A stretch of DNA of 64,000 nt from a bacterium (GTDB lineage Bacteria > Planctomycetota > Phycisphaerae > Phycisphaerales > UBA1924), in the NCBI GenBank assembly GCA_046339895.1, contig JBKDDT010000014.1, forward strand, positions 10,567-74,566. The letters are read 5' to 3'. Every line of letters begins with the position of its first letter. Position 1 is the first letter of the stretch. The translations under genes and the position numbers were made by a program. This document shows, in pieces, positions 1 to 8,239 of the stretch. The notes beneath the pieces were generated by a model. The model was not told where the DNA came from. It was given only the letters and a program-made list of their open reading frames with translations, and searched no databases.

Positions 1-1182
1 TTTGCGTTGCCGACGACGGCGCAGGAGTGGGAGAAGTTTGATGTGATGATGTTGGGGGACGTGCAGCCCGGGGTGCTGACGCCCGAGCAGATGTTGCAGG
101 TGCGTGCGCGTGTGGCGGTGGGTGGTGCGGGTTTGATCTGGATCGCGGGGGAGTCGGCGGTGCCGCAGGGTTGGGCGGGGACGCCGATGGCGGATTTGCT
201 GCCGATGGTTGTCAGCAGTGAGCGTCCGGCGGTGTGGGAGCAGGACGTGGTGATGCGTCCGACGGCGTTGGCGGAGAAGTTGGGTGTGCTGCGTCTGGGT
301 GATCGGCAGGAGGGTGGTGGTTTTTGGCCTGCGCAGATCGGTGATCCTGGCTCGGGGTGGTCGCGGCTGCGGTGGGCGCAGCGGTTGGATGCCGGGAGGC
401 TCAAGCCGGCGGCGGAGGTTTTGGCCGAGGCGCACCCGGTGGAGGGTGGGGGTGCGCCTTCGCCGTTGGTGGTAACGATGCGGTACGGTGCCGGGCGGGT
501 GGTGTATATCGGCACTGATGAGGTGTGGCGGTATCGGTACGGGCAGGGTGAGGGGTATGTGGAGCGGTTTTATTTGCAGCTGGTTCGGCTGCTGGGTCGG
601 GAGTCGGTGGGTCGTGCGGGCAAGGGGGCGGTGATGCAGATCACGCCGGGGCGTGCGGAGGTGGGCAAGGGTGCGCGGGTGTCGGTGGAGTTGGTCGATC
701 AGGTGCTGGCCGAGGGCGCGCCTGGGGTGTTAACGGCGCGGCTGAGGCGCGTGGCGGGTGCGGGTGAGGAGGCGGGGGTGCCGATGGATGTGCCGTTGCG
801 GCCAGATGGTGGTAGTGGGCGGAAGGTGTATGTCGGCACGTGGGTGCCTGTGCAGGCGGGCGCGTATGTGGGTGAGGTGGTCGGTTCGGTTTTGGAGGGG
901 CAGGGCGTTGGGGCGTCGGCGGAGGTGTTTTTGGCGGGTGATGAGCTGCGCCGGCCGGAGGGGGATGCAGCGGCGTTGGCGAAGTTGGCGGAGTTGACGG
1001 GTGGGCAGGTGTTGACGGCCGAGGGGCTTGGGAGGTTGAGCCAGACGCTGCCCAGGCGTGAGATCAAGGTGGTAACGGTGGGCAAGGAGCAGACGTTGTG
1101 GGACCGGGGGTTGTGGGTGGTGGTGCTGGTGGTGCTGCTGGGTTGCGAGTGGTCGCTGCGGCGGTTGTTCAGGCTGACGTGA
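1..1182 (+). CDS. C-terminal part of a membrane-anchored GATase1-like protein (COG5426-like, MoxR/Bat-type operon member); 5' end outside window
   Basis: Frame is open from the window edge (ORF track 7..1182). The FDVMMLGDV...GGAGLIWIAGE segment resembles class-I glutamine-amidotransferase-like domains of uncharacterised membrane proteins. A single C-terminal TM helix (LWVVVLVVLLGCEW) precedes the stop. A DUF4175-like gene follows. Family assignment is from memory. Confidence 0.5.
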   Translation, partial: FALPTTAQEWEKFDVMMLGDVQPGVLTPEQMLQVRARVAVGGAGLIWIAGESAVPQGWAGTPMADLLPMVVSSERPAVWEQDVVMRPTALAEKLGVLRLGDRQEGGGFWPAQIGDPGSGWSRLRWAQRLDAGRLKPAAEVLAEAHPVEGGGAPSPLVVTMRYGAGRVVYIGTDEVWRYRYGQGEGYVERFYLQLVRLLGRESVGRAGKGAVMQITPGRAEVGKGARVSVELVDQVLAEGAPGVLTARLRRVAGAGEEAGVPMDVPLRPDGGSGRKVYVGTWVPVQAGAYVGEVVGSVLEGQGVGASAEVFLAGDELRRPEGDAAALAKLAELTGGQVLTAEGLGRLSQTLPRREIKVVTVGKEQTLWDRGLWVVVLVVLLGCEWSLRRLFRLT

Positions 1183-1211
1183 TGGTGTGTGTTTAGGATT
1201 TGGTGTGATGT

Positions 1212-4200
1212 ATGGATGAGGCCGGGACCAGAGCGTCGGGGCGGGGTGGTGGGGGTGGTTTTGCGCGCTTTGGGTGGGTGGTGCGGTGGATGCGTGGGTT
1301 GCTCTTGGTCGAGCGCGGGGGGTGGATTGCAGTGGGGTTGTTTGCGGCGTTGGGGGCGTTGATTTTGACGGACTATGCGTTGCACTTGCCGGTGTGGGCG
1401 CGGGTGATTTGGCTTGCGGTGGGGACGGTTGGAGTGGGTGTGTTGTTGTGGGTTCGGCTGCGGCCGGTGGTGCGGTTCAGGCCGGATGTGGAGCAGTTGG
1501 CGCTGTTGGTGGAGGGGACGGCTGGTGGTCGAGCGGGTGGTTTGTCTGGGGTTTTGGCGTCGGGCGTGGGGTTGGAGCGGGTGGGTGGCGGTGAGGGGGT
1601 GGTTCGTCGTGCGGCCGAGGGGCTGGGGAGGTTGGGGATCGGGGGCGTGGTCAACCCGCGTGGTGCGGTGGTGGCGGTGGTGGGTGTGGTGGTGAGCGCG
1701 GCGATGGGTGTGGCGGCGTTGGCGGCGGCGCCGACGTTGACGTTGATCGGTGTGCAGCGGGCGTTGTTGCCGTGGACGACGGCGCAGTGGCCCAAGCGGC
1801 AGGACGTGCGGGACGTAACGGGTGTGCGTGTGCATCCGCTGGGGCAGGCGTTGCCGTTGCGTGCGGCGATGGTGCGTGGGCCCGAGCCGGGGGAGGCGGA
1901 TGTAACGGTGTGGTACCGGGTGGTGGGCGCGCGGGGGAGCACGCCGTGGCGGCAGGTTGGGGCGGCGTACCAGGGGCGGAGCGTGGCGGTGCCGATGCGG
2001 GACGAACTGGACACGATGCGTAGCCCGAGCGGGCCGTTGTTTGAGCGATTGCTTGAGCCTGGGTCGCTGGTTGTTGACGCGTCGGAGCCTGGTGGTGGGG
2101 GTGTGTTGCAGTACCGGTTTGATTCGGGGCAGGACGGGACGGAGACGGCGGAGATCAAACTGGTGCCGCCGCCTGCGATTGTGAGTGCTGAGGGGAGAGT
2201 TGAGCCGCCCGCGTATGCGAAGGGGTTGGCTGCGCGGAAGGTGGAGATGGGGCCTGGGACCGATGAGCGTGCGGTTGTGGGTGGTGTGCTGCCTGGGTCG
2301 CGTGTGGTGCTGGCGTTGAAGTTCAACAAGGTGGTGGGGGATCCTGCGTCGGCGGTGGGGGAGCGGCTGGGGGGTGATGTTGCGGGGGTTTTAGGGGCGG
2401 GTGGGAGTGTGCGCGGTGGTGGTGATGCGTGGGAGCTGCAGTGGGTGCATCGGGGGACGGTGCGTGTGTTGCCCAGGCCTGTAGATGAGGGTGGGTTGAC
2501 GGTGATTGGTGAGCCTGCGTATCGGTTTGAGTTGCGTGAGGACAAGCCTGCCGAGGGTGTGGTGGCCGAGCCTGGGCAGGATGTGGAGGTGTTGGCGACT
2601 GCGACGGTGGGCGTAGCCGGGCAGGGGCGTGATGATGTGGGGCTGGAGTGGGCGGCGTTGCGTGTGCAGGTGGCTCGGCGGGTGGGAGGCTCGGGTGGTG
2701 AGATGGAGCCGGTGGGGCAGTGGAAGGAGCTGGCGCGTGCGGAGGGTGGGGGGCTCAGCGCGGAGGTCTCGGCGGAGTTGTCGCTGGGTGAACTGGGTGT
2801 GCAGGGTGGTGATGAGGTGCGCGTCGTGGTCGTGGCGCAGGACGGCTTTGAGCTTGATGGTGCCCGGCATGGGGAGGGAAGGTCGCCGGTGCGGAAGATT
2901 CGGGTGATTACGGCCGAGCAGATGCTCGAGCAGTTGTGGGGTGAGCTTGGGGGAGTGCGGCGTTCGGCGCAGCGGCTTGGGGAGCAGCAGTTGGAACTGG
3001 CCGAGCGGACGGGCAAGGGTGCCGACGCGGCAGAGGCGGCACGGCGGCAGCCTGAGATCAGCGAACAGGTGGTGCGTGCGCAGGAGTCGATGGCGCGGGT
3101 GGAGCGTCGCCAGCGAGACAACGGGTTGGGCGATGAGGAACTGGCCGAGGTTCTGCGGCAGGGGCGGGCGTTGGCGCAGCGGGCGCGGGAGGAGTCGGAC
3201 GCGGCAGGGCAGGGTGCGGCGCGGGCGCAGCGTGCGCAGGAGGCCGGGGAGAAGGCGCAGGCCGATGCGGCGCGTGCGGAGGTGGCGCGTGCGCAGGAGC
3301 GGGCGACGAGCACGCTGGACGAGCTGGCGGGTGTGCTGGACCGTGGGCAGGACACCTGGGCGGCGCGGCGGTCGGTGCAGAAGTTGATACGCGAGCAGCA
3401 GGGGCTGCGTGCGCAGGCGGAGAAGTTGGCAGAGCAGACGCTGGGCAAGACGCCCGAGGAACTCTCGGCGGAGTTGCGGCAGCAGATCGGGGAGCTGGCC
3501 GGCCAGCAGGAGCAGTTGGCCAAGCGGGCCGACGAGGCATTTACGAAGTTGCAAGAGCGTGCCAGGGGAGTGGCCAAGAGTGATCCGTTGGCGGCCGAGA
3601 GTTTGGAGCAGGCGGCCAAGCAGGGGCGGGCCAGCGGCGCTGGGGAGCAGATGCAGCAGGCGGCGCGGAGCCTGCGGCGGAACCAGCAGCAGGCGGGGCA
3701 GCAGAGCCAGAAGCAGGCGGAGAAGGCGCTGCAGGGTGTGCTCGATCAGCTGCGCGACCAGGCCAAGACGCGCGACGCGGTGCTGCGGCGTGAGATGGCC
3801 TCGCTGGCCGAGGCGATTGGTGCGCTGGTGGCGAGGCAGCAGGAGCAGATCGGTGCGCTGGAGGGTGCAATGGTCGTTGGGGGTGCGGCGGTTGCGGCTC
3901 TGGATGGTGCGCAGATACGCCTGAACAGCAGCACGATGGCCGCGGCGCAGCAGGCGCGCCAGGCGGGGCGGGAGGGTCGGCAGGTTGCTCGGCTGCTTGA
4001 TGAGGCCGGCAAGGAGCAGGTGGCGGCGGTCAGCGCATTGCGGCGCAAGCCCGAGCCGGATGGGGAGGGGGCGATGGCGGCCCAGCGTGCCGCGCTGCTG
4101 AAGTTGCAGGAGGCCAAGGGTGAGGCGGAGAGGCAGCAGGAGCAGGCCGAGGGTCGGGAGCAGCGTCGCCAGCGCGAGCAGTTGCGGCGTGCGTACCAGG

Positions 4201-4796
4201 GCCACCTGCTCGAGCAGAGGCAGGTACGCACCGAGGGGGCGGGGTTGATCGGTGTGGAACTGGACCGGCGCGGGAGGGCGCGTGGGCGTGCGCTGGCGGA
4301 TCGGCAGCAAGCGCTGGCCGGTGCGCTGGCAAAGTTGCTGGAGCAGACGGCTGGGCTGCGCGAGGCGACGATGTTTGCCCTTGCGCACGAGCGGCTGGAC
4401 GCGGCGATGCGGCTGGCGGGCGGGGAACTGGCGTTGGAGCGTGTGCCGGTCAGCGCGGGCAGGCACCTGGCGACGGCGGAGGGTGTTCTGCGGCAGTTGG
4501 TCGATGCGCTCGAGGAGCCGCAGCAGGAGAACGCCTTCCGCGAGAACGAGCAGGGGCAGGGTGGTGGCGGGGGTGGTGGGCAGCAGGGTGGGAAGCAGCC
4601 TTTGCTGCCGCCGATTGCGGAGTTGAGGTTGCTCAAGGGGATGCAGCAGGAGGCTCTGGAGTTAACGCGGCAGGCGGAGGGTGGGGTCGATGGGGCGACG
4701 GGTGCGGAGGCGGCAAAGTTGCAGGAGATGCTGGCGGGCAAGGCCGATGAACTGCTCAAGGCGATGGAGAAGAAGGAGGGTGGCGGAGGGCAGTAG
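1212..4796 (+). CDS. Large membrane-anchored coiled-coil protein, DUF4175/TIGR02302-like
   Basis: 1194-aa ORF starting at ATG 1212. N-terminal TM helices (WIAVGLFAALGALILTDYALHLP, VIWLAVGTVGVGVLLWV). Very long Q/A/E/R-rich coiled-coil C-terminal half ending in a Gly-rich tract. Its position right after the GATase1-like membrane protein matches MoxR/DUF58/Bat-type operons. Confidence 0.6.
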   Translation: MDEAGTRASGRGGGGGFARFGWVVRWMRGLLLVERGGWIAVGLFAALGALILTDYALHLPVWARVIWLAVGTVGVGVLLWVRLRPVVRFRPDVEQLALLVEGTAGGRAGGLSGVLASGVGLERVGGGEGVVRRAAEGLGRLGIGGVVNPRGAVVAVVGVVVSAAMGVAALAAAPTLTLIGVQRALLPWTTAQWPKRQDVRDVTGVRVHPLGQALPLRAAMVRGPEPGEADVTVWYRVVGARGSTPWRQVGAAYQGRSVAVPMRDELDTMRSPSGPLFERLLEPGSLVVDASEPGGGGVLQYRFDSGQDGTETAEIKLVPPPAIVSAEGRVEPPAYAKGLAARKVEMGPGTDERAVVGGVLPGSRVVLALKFNKVVGDPASAVGERLGGDVAGVLGAGGSVRGGGDAWELQWVHRGTVRVLPRPVDEGGLTVIGEPAYRFELREDKPAEGVVAEPGQDVEVLATATVGVAGQGRDDVGLEWAALRVQVARRVGGSGGEMEPVGQWKELARAEGGGLSAEVSAELSLGELGVQGGDEVRVVVVAQDGFELDGARHGEGRSPVRKIRVITAEQMLEQLWGELGGVRRSAQRLGEQQLELAERTGKGADAAEAARRQPEISEQVVRAQESMARVERRQRDNGLGDEELAEVLRQGRALAQRAREESDAAGQGAARAQRAQEAGEKAQADAARAEVARAQERATSTLDELAGVLDRGQDTWAARRSVQKLIREQQGLRAQAEKLAEQTLGKTPEELSAELRQQIGELAGQQEQLAKRADEAFTKLQERARGVAKSDPLAAESLEQAAKQGRASGAGEQMQQAARSLRRNQQQAGQQSQKQAEKALQGVLDQLRDQAKTRDAVLRREMASLAEAIGALVARQQEQIGALEGAMVVGGAAVAALDGAQIRLNSSTMAAAQQARQAGREGRQVARLLDEAGKEQVAAVSALRRKPEPDGEGAMAAQRAALLKLQEAKGEAERQQEQAEGREQRRQREQLRRAYQGHLLEQRQVRTEGAGLIGVELDRRGRARGRALADRQQALAGALAKLLEQTAGLREATMFALAHERLDAAMRLAGGELALERVPVSAGRHLATAEGVLRQLVDALEEPQQENAFRENEQGQGGGGGGGQQGGKQPLLPPIAELRLLKGMQQEALELTRQAEGGVDGATGAEAAKLQEMLAGKADELLKAMEKKEGGGGQ

Positions 4797-4848
4797 GTGG
4801 CAACCGGGGTGGTGTGTGGGCGTATGAAGTGGTGGGGGTTTGTGGAGG

Positions 4849-5589
4849 ATGGTTGTGGTGCGATTGCCGGCGGTTATTTTGGGAGTGTGGGTGTGGGTGG
4901 GTGCGGCGGGCGCGGAGCCTGAGGTGGTGCCGCCGCCTGCACCGGCGGCGGCACCGGCAGTGGCACCGGCGCCGGCGGTGTCGCCGACGTCGTTGGATGA
5001 GGCGCTCGGGTTGAGCAAGCCTGTGCCTAATGCGGGTGCTGCGGCGGGGGGCACGGGGGTGGTGGAGCCGGGGCGGGAGAAGCTCGATGCGCTGCTGAAG
5101 CAGGAGCAGCCGGAGGATGATGAGTTTAAGCAGGCGCTTGGGTTGATGCGGCAGTCGGCGGGCCGGCTGCGTGATGCCGGGGACACTTCGCTGGCGACGC
5201 AGCGTGTGCAGCAGGAGGCGATCGATAAGCTCGATCAGTTGATCGCCAAGGCCAAGAAGCAGCAGCAGAAGCAGAAGTCATCGTCGAGTTCCGGCTCGCA
5301 GGGTGAGCAGCAGAAGGAGCAGCAGCAGGGTGCGTCCCAGCCCAAGCAGGCGGAGGGGAGCCAGGGTGAGCGTCGCGGGCAGGACAGGGACAGCCGGGAG
5401 AACGCCGAGGCCCCCAGCAAGCGTGATGTGTCGATGAGGCCGGCGTTGGAGTCAGCGCGGGCGGCGTGGGGGAACCTGCCCGAGCGGCTGCGGCAGAGCC
5501 TGCTGCAAGGGGCGGGTGATACTTTTAGCAAGGAGTATCAGCGGTTGACGGAGGAGTATTACAAGAGGTTGGGGGAGCAGGCGGAGTGA
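4849..5589 (+). CDS. Secreted low-complexity protein (hypothetical)
   Basis: ATG 4849 (ORF track TTG 4840) is followed by a signal-peptide-like VVVRLPAVILGVWVWVGAAGA. Then an A/P-rich linker, a K/Q/E/S-rich stretch and the tail FSKEYQRLTEEYYKRL. Co-directional, about 50 nt after the previous gene. Confidence 0.5.
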   Translation: MVVVRLPAVILGVWVWVGAAGAEPEVVPPPAPAAAPAVAPAPAVSPTSLDEALGLSKPVPNAGAAAGGTGVVEPGREKLDALLKQEQPEDDEFKQALGLMRQSAGRLRDAGDTSLATQRVQQEAIDKLDQLIAKAKKQQQKQKSSSSSGSQGEQQKEQQQGASQPKQAEGSQGERRGQDRDSRENAEAPSKRDVSMRPALESARAAWGNLPERLRQSLLQGAGDTFSKEYQRLTEEYYKRLGEQAE

Positions 5590-5617
5590 TTGGGGCAGTG
5601 GTCCAGGGCCGCGTGTG

Positions 5618-5703
5618 GTGAGTTGCGAAGTTAGAAAGTTACAAAGTGGCAGAGTGGTAAAGATATTTGACCTTTGGTCATTTGCTGATTTGGAAATGTA
5701 TCC
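5618..5703. repeat. Low-GC degenerate octamer/heptamer arrays
   Basis: agttagaa-agttacaa-agtggcag-agtggtaa, then tcatttgctgatttggaaatg. The latter resembles the right arm at 47292-47319. Confidence 0.55.
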
Positions 5704-5759
5704 AACCCCACCCCTGCGCCTGCCCGCCCAAACGTCCTGGGGGAGGGGTTCGTGATGCG
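5702..5759 (+). repeat. GC-rich palindromic (REP-like) repeat, copy 1
   Basis: ccaaccccacccctgcgcctgcccgcccaaacgtcctgggggaggggttcgtgatgcg. aaccccacccc / ggggaggggtt form a stem. Confidence 0.75.
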
Positions 5760-5771
5760 ACCTAGTCTGCG

Positions 5772-7097
5772 CTATTCGACCGCCGAGAGGACAGCGGCGG
5801 CGTTCTGACCTGCCAGTGAGGACGTGGCGACGAGGACGTGTTTGAGTTTCATCGCTTGCGTCGGCGCGGGGCCGGCGTTGAGGGTCTTTGGGTGGCCGGT
5901 GTTGATGCGGGCGGGGAGGGTTTGGTGTTTAACGACCATCGCGGCGACGACGGCGAGCAGGCCCCCGTTGCCCGCGGCGGTGTTGCCGATTGAGGGGCCG
6001 ATGGTTACGACCGGGACGCTCGGCGTTCGGGTGCCGAGCAGTTGCGCTAGCGCTAGGCCTTCGCCGGCGTCGACGCCTGGGACCCCGGAGCCGAGGAGGA
6101 CGACGGCGTCGATGGCGTCGGGTGTGAGTTTCGCGTCGGCGATGGCGTTGTCGATGGCGGCGAGGAAGCCCTCGTCGATCGAGAGAGCACCTTGGGGTGG
6201 CCGGCGTGGTGAGTGGCCTGCGCCGGTGCCTGAGACTTTGGCCCAGATGGTGGCGTTGCGCTGGCGGGCGGCGTGCTCCTCTTCGAGGATGAGGATGCCC
6301 GCGCCCTCGCCGATGATGCCGCCTGGGGAGTTGGTGTCAAAGGGTTGGATGAACGCGCCGCCGTCGGTGCAGGTGCCGGTTTCGCCTGCGCGGCCGGCGA
6401 ACTGCATGCGGAGGAGGCCCATGAGGTTGAGTTTGCTCTCGGCCGAGCCGCTGAAGCAGGCGTCGGCGTCGCCTCGTTCGATGACGCGTGCGCTCTCGCC
6501 GAGGCAGAGCAGGCCTGAGGCCTCGGCACAGGTGATGGTGTTGCTGGGGCCTTCGCAGCCGTGGATGATGGTTACGTGGCATGCGAGCATGTTGGGGAGG
6601 TATTTGAGCATCCAGAGGGGGGTGAGGTTTTCCATCCCTTGTTCGCCCCAGATCGGGAGGCTGACGTTGCCGAGGGTGTCGCGTGCGGTGGCGAAGGCGG
6701 CGCTGAGTTCATCGCTATCGGCGGCGATGAGGCCCGCGCCGATGTGGCACCCGACGCGGCCGGTGGGGTAGGTCATGCCTTCGGTGGCGTCCTCGGGCAA
6801 CACGCCGCGGGTGATGAGGTGGGCGGAGTCTGCGGCTTCCTTTGCGGCGGCGACGGCGAGCTCGATGTCGCGTGCCATGACCTTGGTGGCTTTGCGGTAG
6901 TGCTTGGGTACGAAGTCTTTGATGGAGAAGGGCTCGGGGACTTCGCCGGCGAGTTTGCAGGCGAAGCCCGTGGCGTCAAAGCGTGTGATGGGCTTGAGCG
7001 CGCTGCGGCCCGCGCAGAGGCCTTGCCAGAGCGGGGCTGTGCCGACGCCCAAGGCGCTGACGGCACCGAGGCCTGTGATGACGACGGGTCGGGGCAT
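5772..7097 (-). CDS. Beta-ketoacyl-ACP synthase family protein (KAS I/II fold, divergent)
   Basis: 441-aa ORF. The N-terminus MPRPVVITGLGAVSALG and the core NMLACHVTIIHGCEGPSNTITCAEASG align by eye with the FabF/FabB active-site Cys region. The C-terminal catalytic motifs look substituted (see finding). Confidence 0.8.
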   Translation of the reverse strand: MPRPVVITGLGAVSALGVGTAPLWQGLCAGRSALKPITRFDATGFACKLAGEVPEPFSIKDFVPKHYRKATKVMARDIELAVAAAKEAADSAHLITRGVLPEDATEGMTYPTGRVGCHIGAGLIAADSDELSAAFATARDTLGNVSLPIWGEQGMENLTPLWMLKYLPNMLACHVTIIHGCEGPSNTITCAEASGLLCLGESARVIERGDADACFSGSAESKLNLMGLLRMQFAGRAGETGTCTDGGAFIQPFDTNSPGGIIGEGAGILILEEEHAARQRNATIWAKVSGTGAGHSPRRPPQGALSIDEGFLAAIDNAIADAKLTPDAIDAVVLLGSGVPGVDAGEGLALAQLLGTRTPSVPVVTIGPSIGNTAAGNGGLLAVVAAMVVKHQTLPARINTGHPKTLNAGPAPTQAMKLKHVLVATSSLAGQNAAAVLSAVE

Positions 7098-7136
7098 GGG
7101 CGATGGTACGTGCGGCGGGGCGGGTGTGGTGGGGGG

Positions 7137-7964
7137 TTAGGGTTCGGGCAGGAGGTCCATGAGTTCGACGACCTGTTGGGGTGTGAGCTCTTCGGGTCGT
7201 TGCTCGGGGCGGATGCCAGGTGGGAGGGAGGTGGAGCGGCCGAGGGTTGTGCCGAGTTGTTTTCGGCGTTGGCTGAAGAGGCGGTGGCAAAGCTCGGCGA
7301 GTCGGCGTGGGTCGCGTGTGAGGGGGTCGGGGCGGCGTTCGAGCAGGACCATCGCGCTGGTAACCTTTGGGCGGGGCCAGAAGCAGGCGGGGTCGAGCTT
7401 GGCCAGGATGTGGGGTGTTGCGAGGGCTTGGACGAGGATCGAGAGCAGGCCGTAGTCGGGGGTGGCGGGTTGAGCCGTCAGGCGGTCGGCGACCTCGCGC
7501 TGGATGGTCGCGGCGATGAGCGAGCAGCGCGGGTGGTCGATGAGGAGTGTCAGGATGAGCGGTGTGGCGGCGTTGTAGGGGAGGTTGGCAACGAGCTTGA
7601 ACGGTTCGTCGCCGATGGCGTTGGCGACGGCGTTGTTGAGGCGCTTGCCCAGGGCGAGGCAGTCGCCTTGGACGAGGCGGAAGCGTTCGGCGTGGCCTTG
7701 GGAGGTGATGCGGTCGGCCAGGAGGGAGGCGAGGTTGGTGTCCATCTCGCAGGCGAGGACGCGGCAGCCTTGGGCCAGGAGGGCCTCGGTGAGTGTGCCG
7801 GTGCCAGGGCCGACTTCGAGGATCAGTTCGCCGGGTTTGAGGTTGGCGGCGGTGAGGAGTTTGGCGAGCAGGTTGTGGTCGATGAGGAAGTTTTGCCCCA
7901 GCGCGTGGCGCGGCCGCAGGCCCCGTTCGGCGAGCATGGCCTTGATCTCAGAGAGGGTCTGCAC
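7137..7964 (-). CDS. rsmA: 16S rRNA (adenine1518/1519-N6)-dimethyltransferase
   Basis: LRPRHALGQNFLIDHNLL N-terminal motif, SAM-binding EVGPGTGTLT, and the NLPYN motif. 275 aa. Confidence 0.9.
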   Translation of the reverse strand: MQTLSEIKAMLAERGLRPRHALGQNFLIDHNLLAKLLTAANLKPGELILEVGPGTGTLTEALLAQGCRVLACEMDTNLASLLADRITSQGHAERFRLVQGDCLALGKRLNNAVANAIGDEPFKLVANLPYNAATPLILTLLIDHPRCSLIAATIQREVADRLTAQPATPDYGLLSILVQALATPHILAKLDPACFWPRPKVTSAMVLLERRPDPLTRDPRRLAELCHRLFSQRRKQLGTTLGRSTSLPPGIRPEQRPEELTPQQVVELMDLLPEP

Positions 7965-8239
7965 GCGGGCACGGTAGGAGGGTGGGTTGAAAACCTGACG
8001 CTTGGGTTTGATGATCGTGAACGATTCGGCTACGCTCGCCTCTGGTTGGTCTGGCGAGTCGTTGGGCTGGCGTCCGGTTGGGATTGGTCGTTGTTTCGGG
8101 TGTGGTATCCGAACGAAAGGTGAATCGCTTGCTTACGGGTCTGGTTGCAGCACTGGCGTCGGGGCCGATTGGGTCTGCATCGCTGGCTTTGGCCGGGCAG
8201 GAGGGGCACGCGGCGGCGGGGGCGGGGGCGGTCAGGACC

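Noticed and set aside
699-4759. Several very long ORFs antisense to, or out of frame with, the first two genes (e.g. 699..1835-, 1373..3619-, 2391..4466-, 3746..4759-).
   Set aside because: Their products are P/R/S/T/H-rich low-complexity strings with no motifs. Such stop-free frames are expected in GC-rich DNA, and they fully overlap ORFs with coherent TM/coiled-coil organisation.
8078-8239. 54-codon N-terminal extension of the nuoL ORF, with a signal-peptide-like VNRLLTGLVAALASGPIGSASLALA.
   Set aside because: The canonical NuoL N-terminus begins at ATG 8240. The extension is probably untranslated leader. Kept only as an alternative start.
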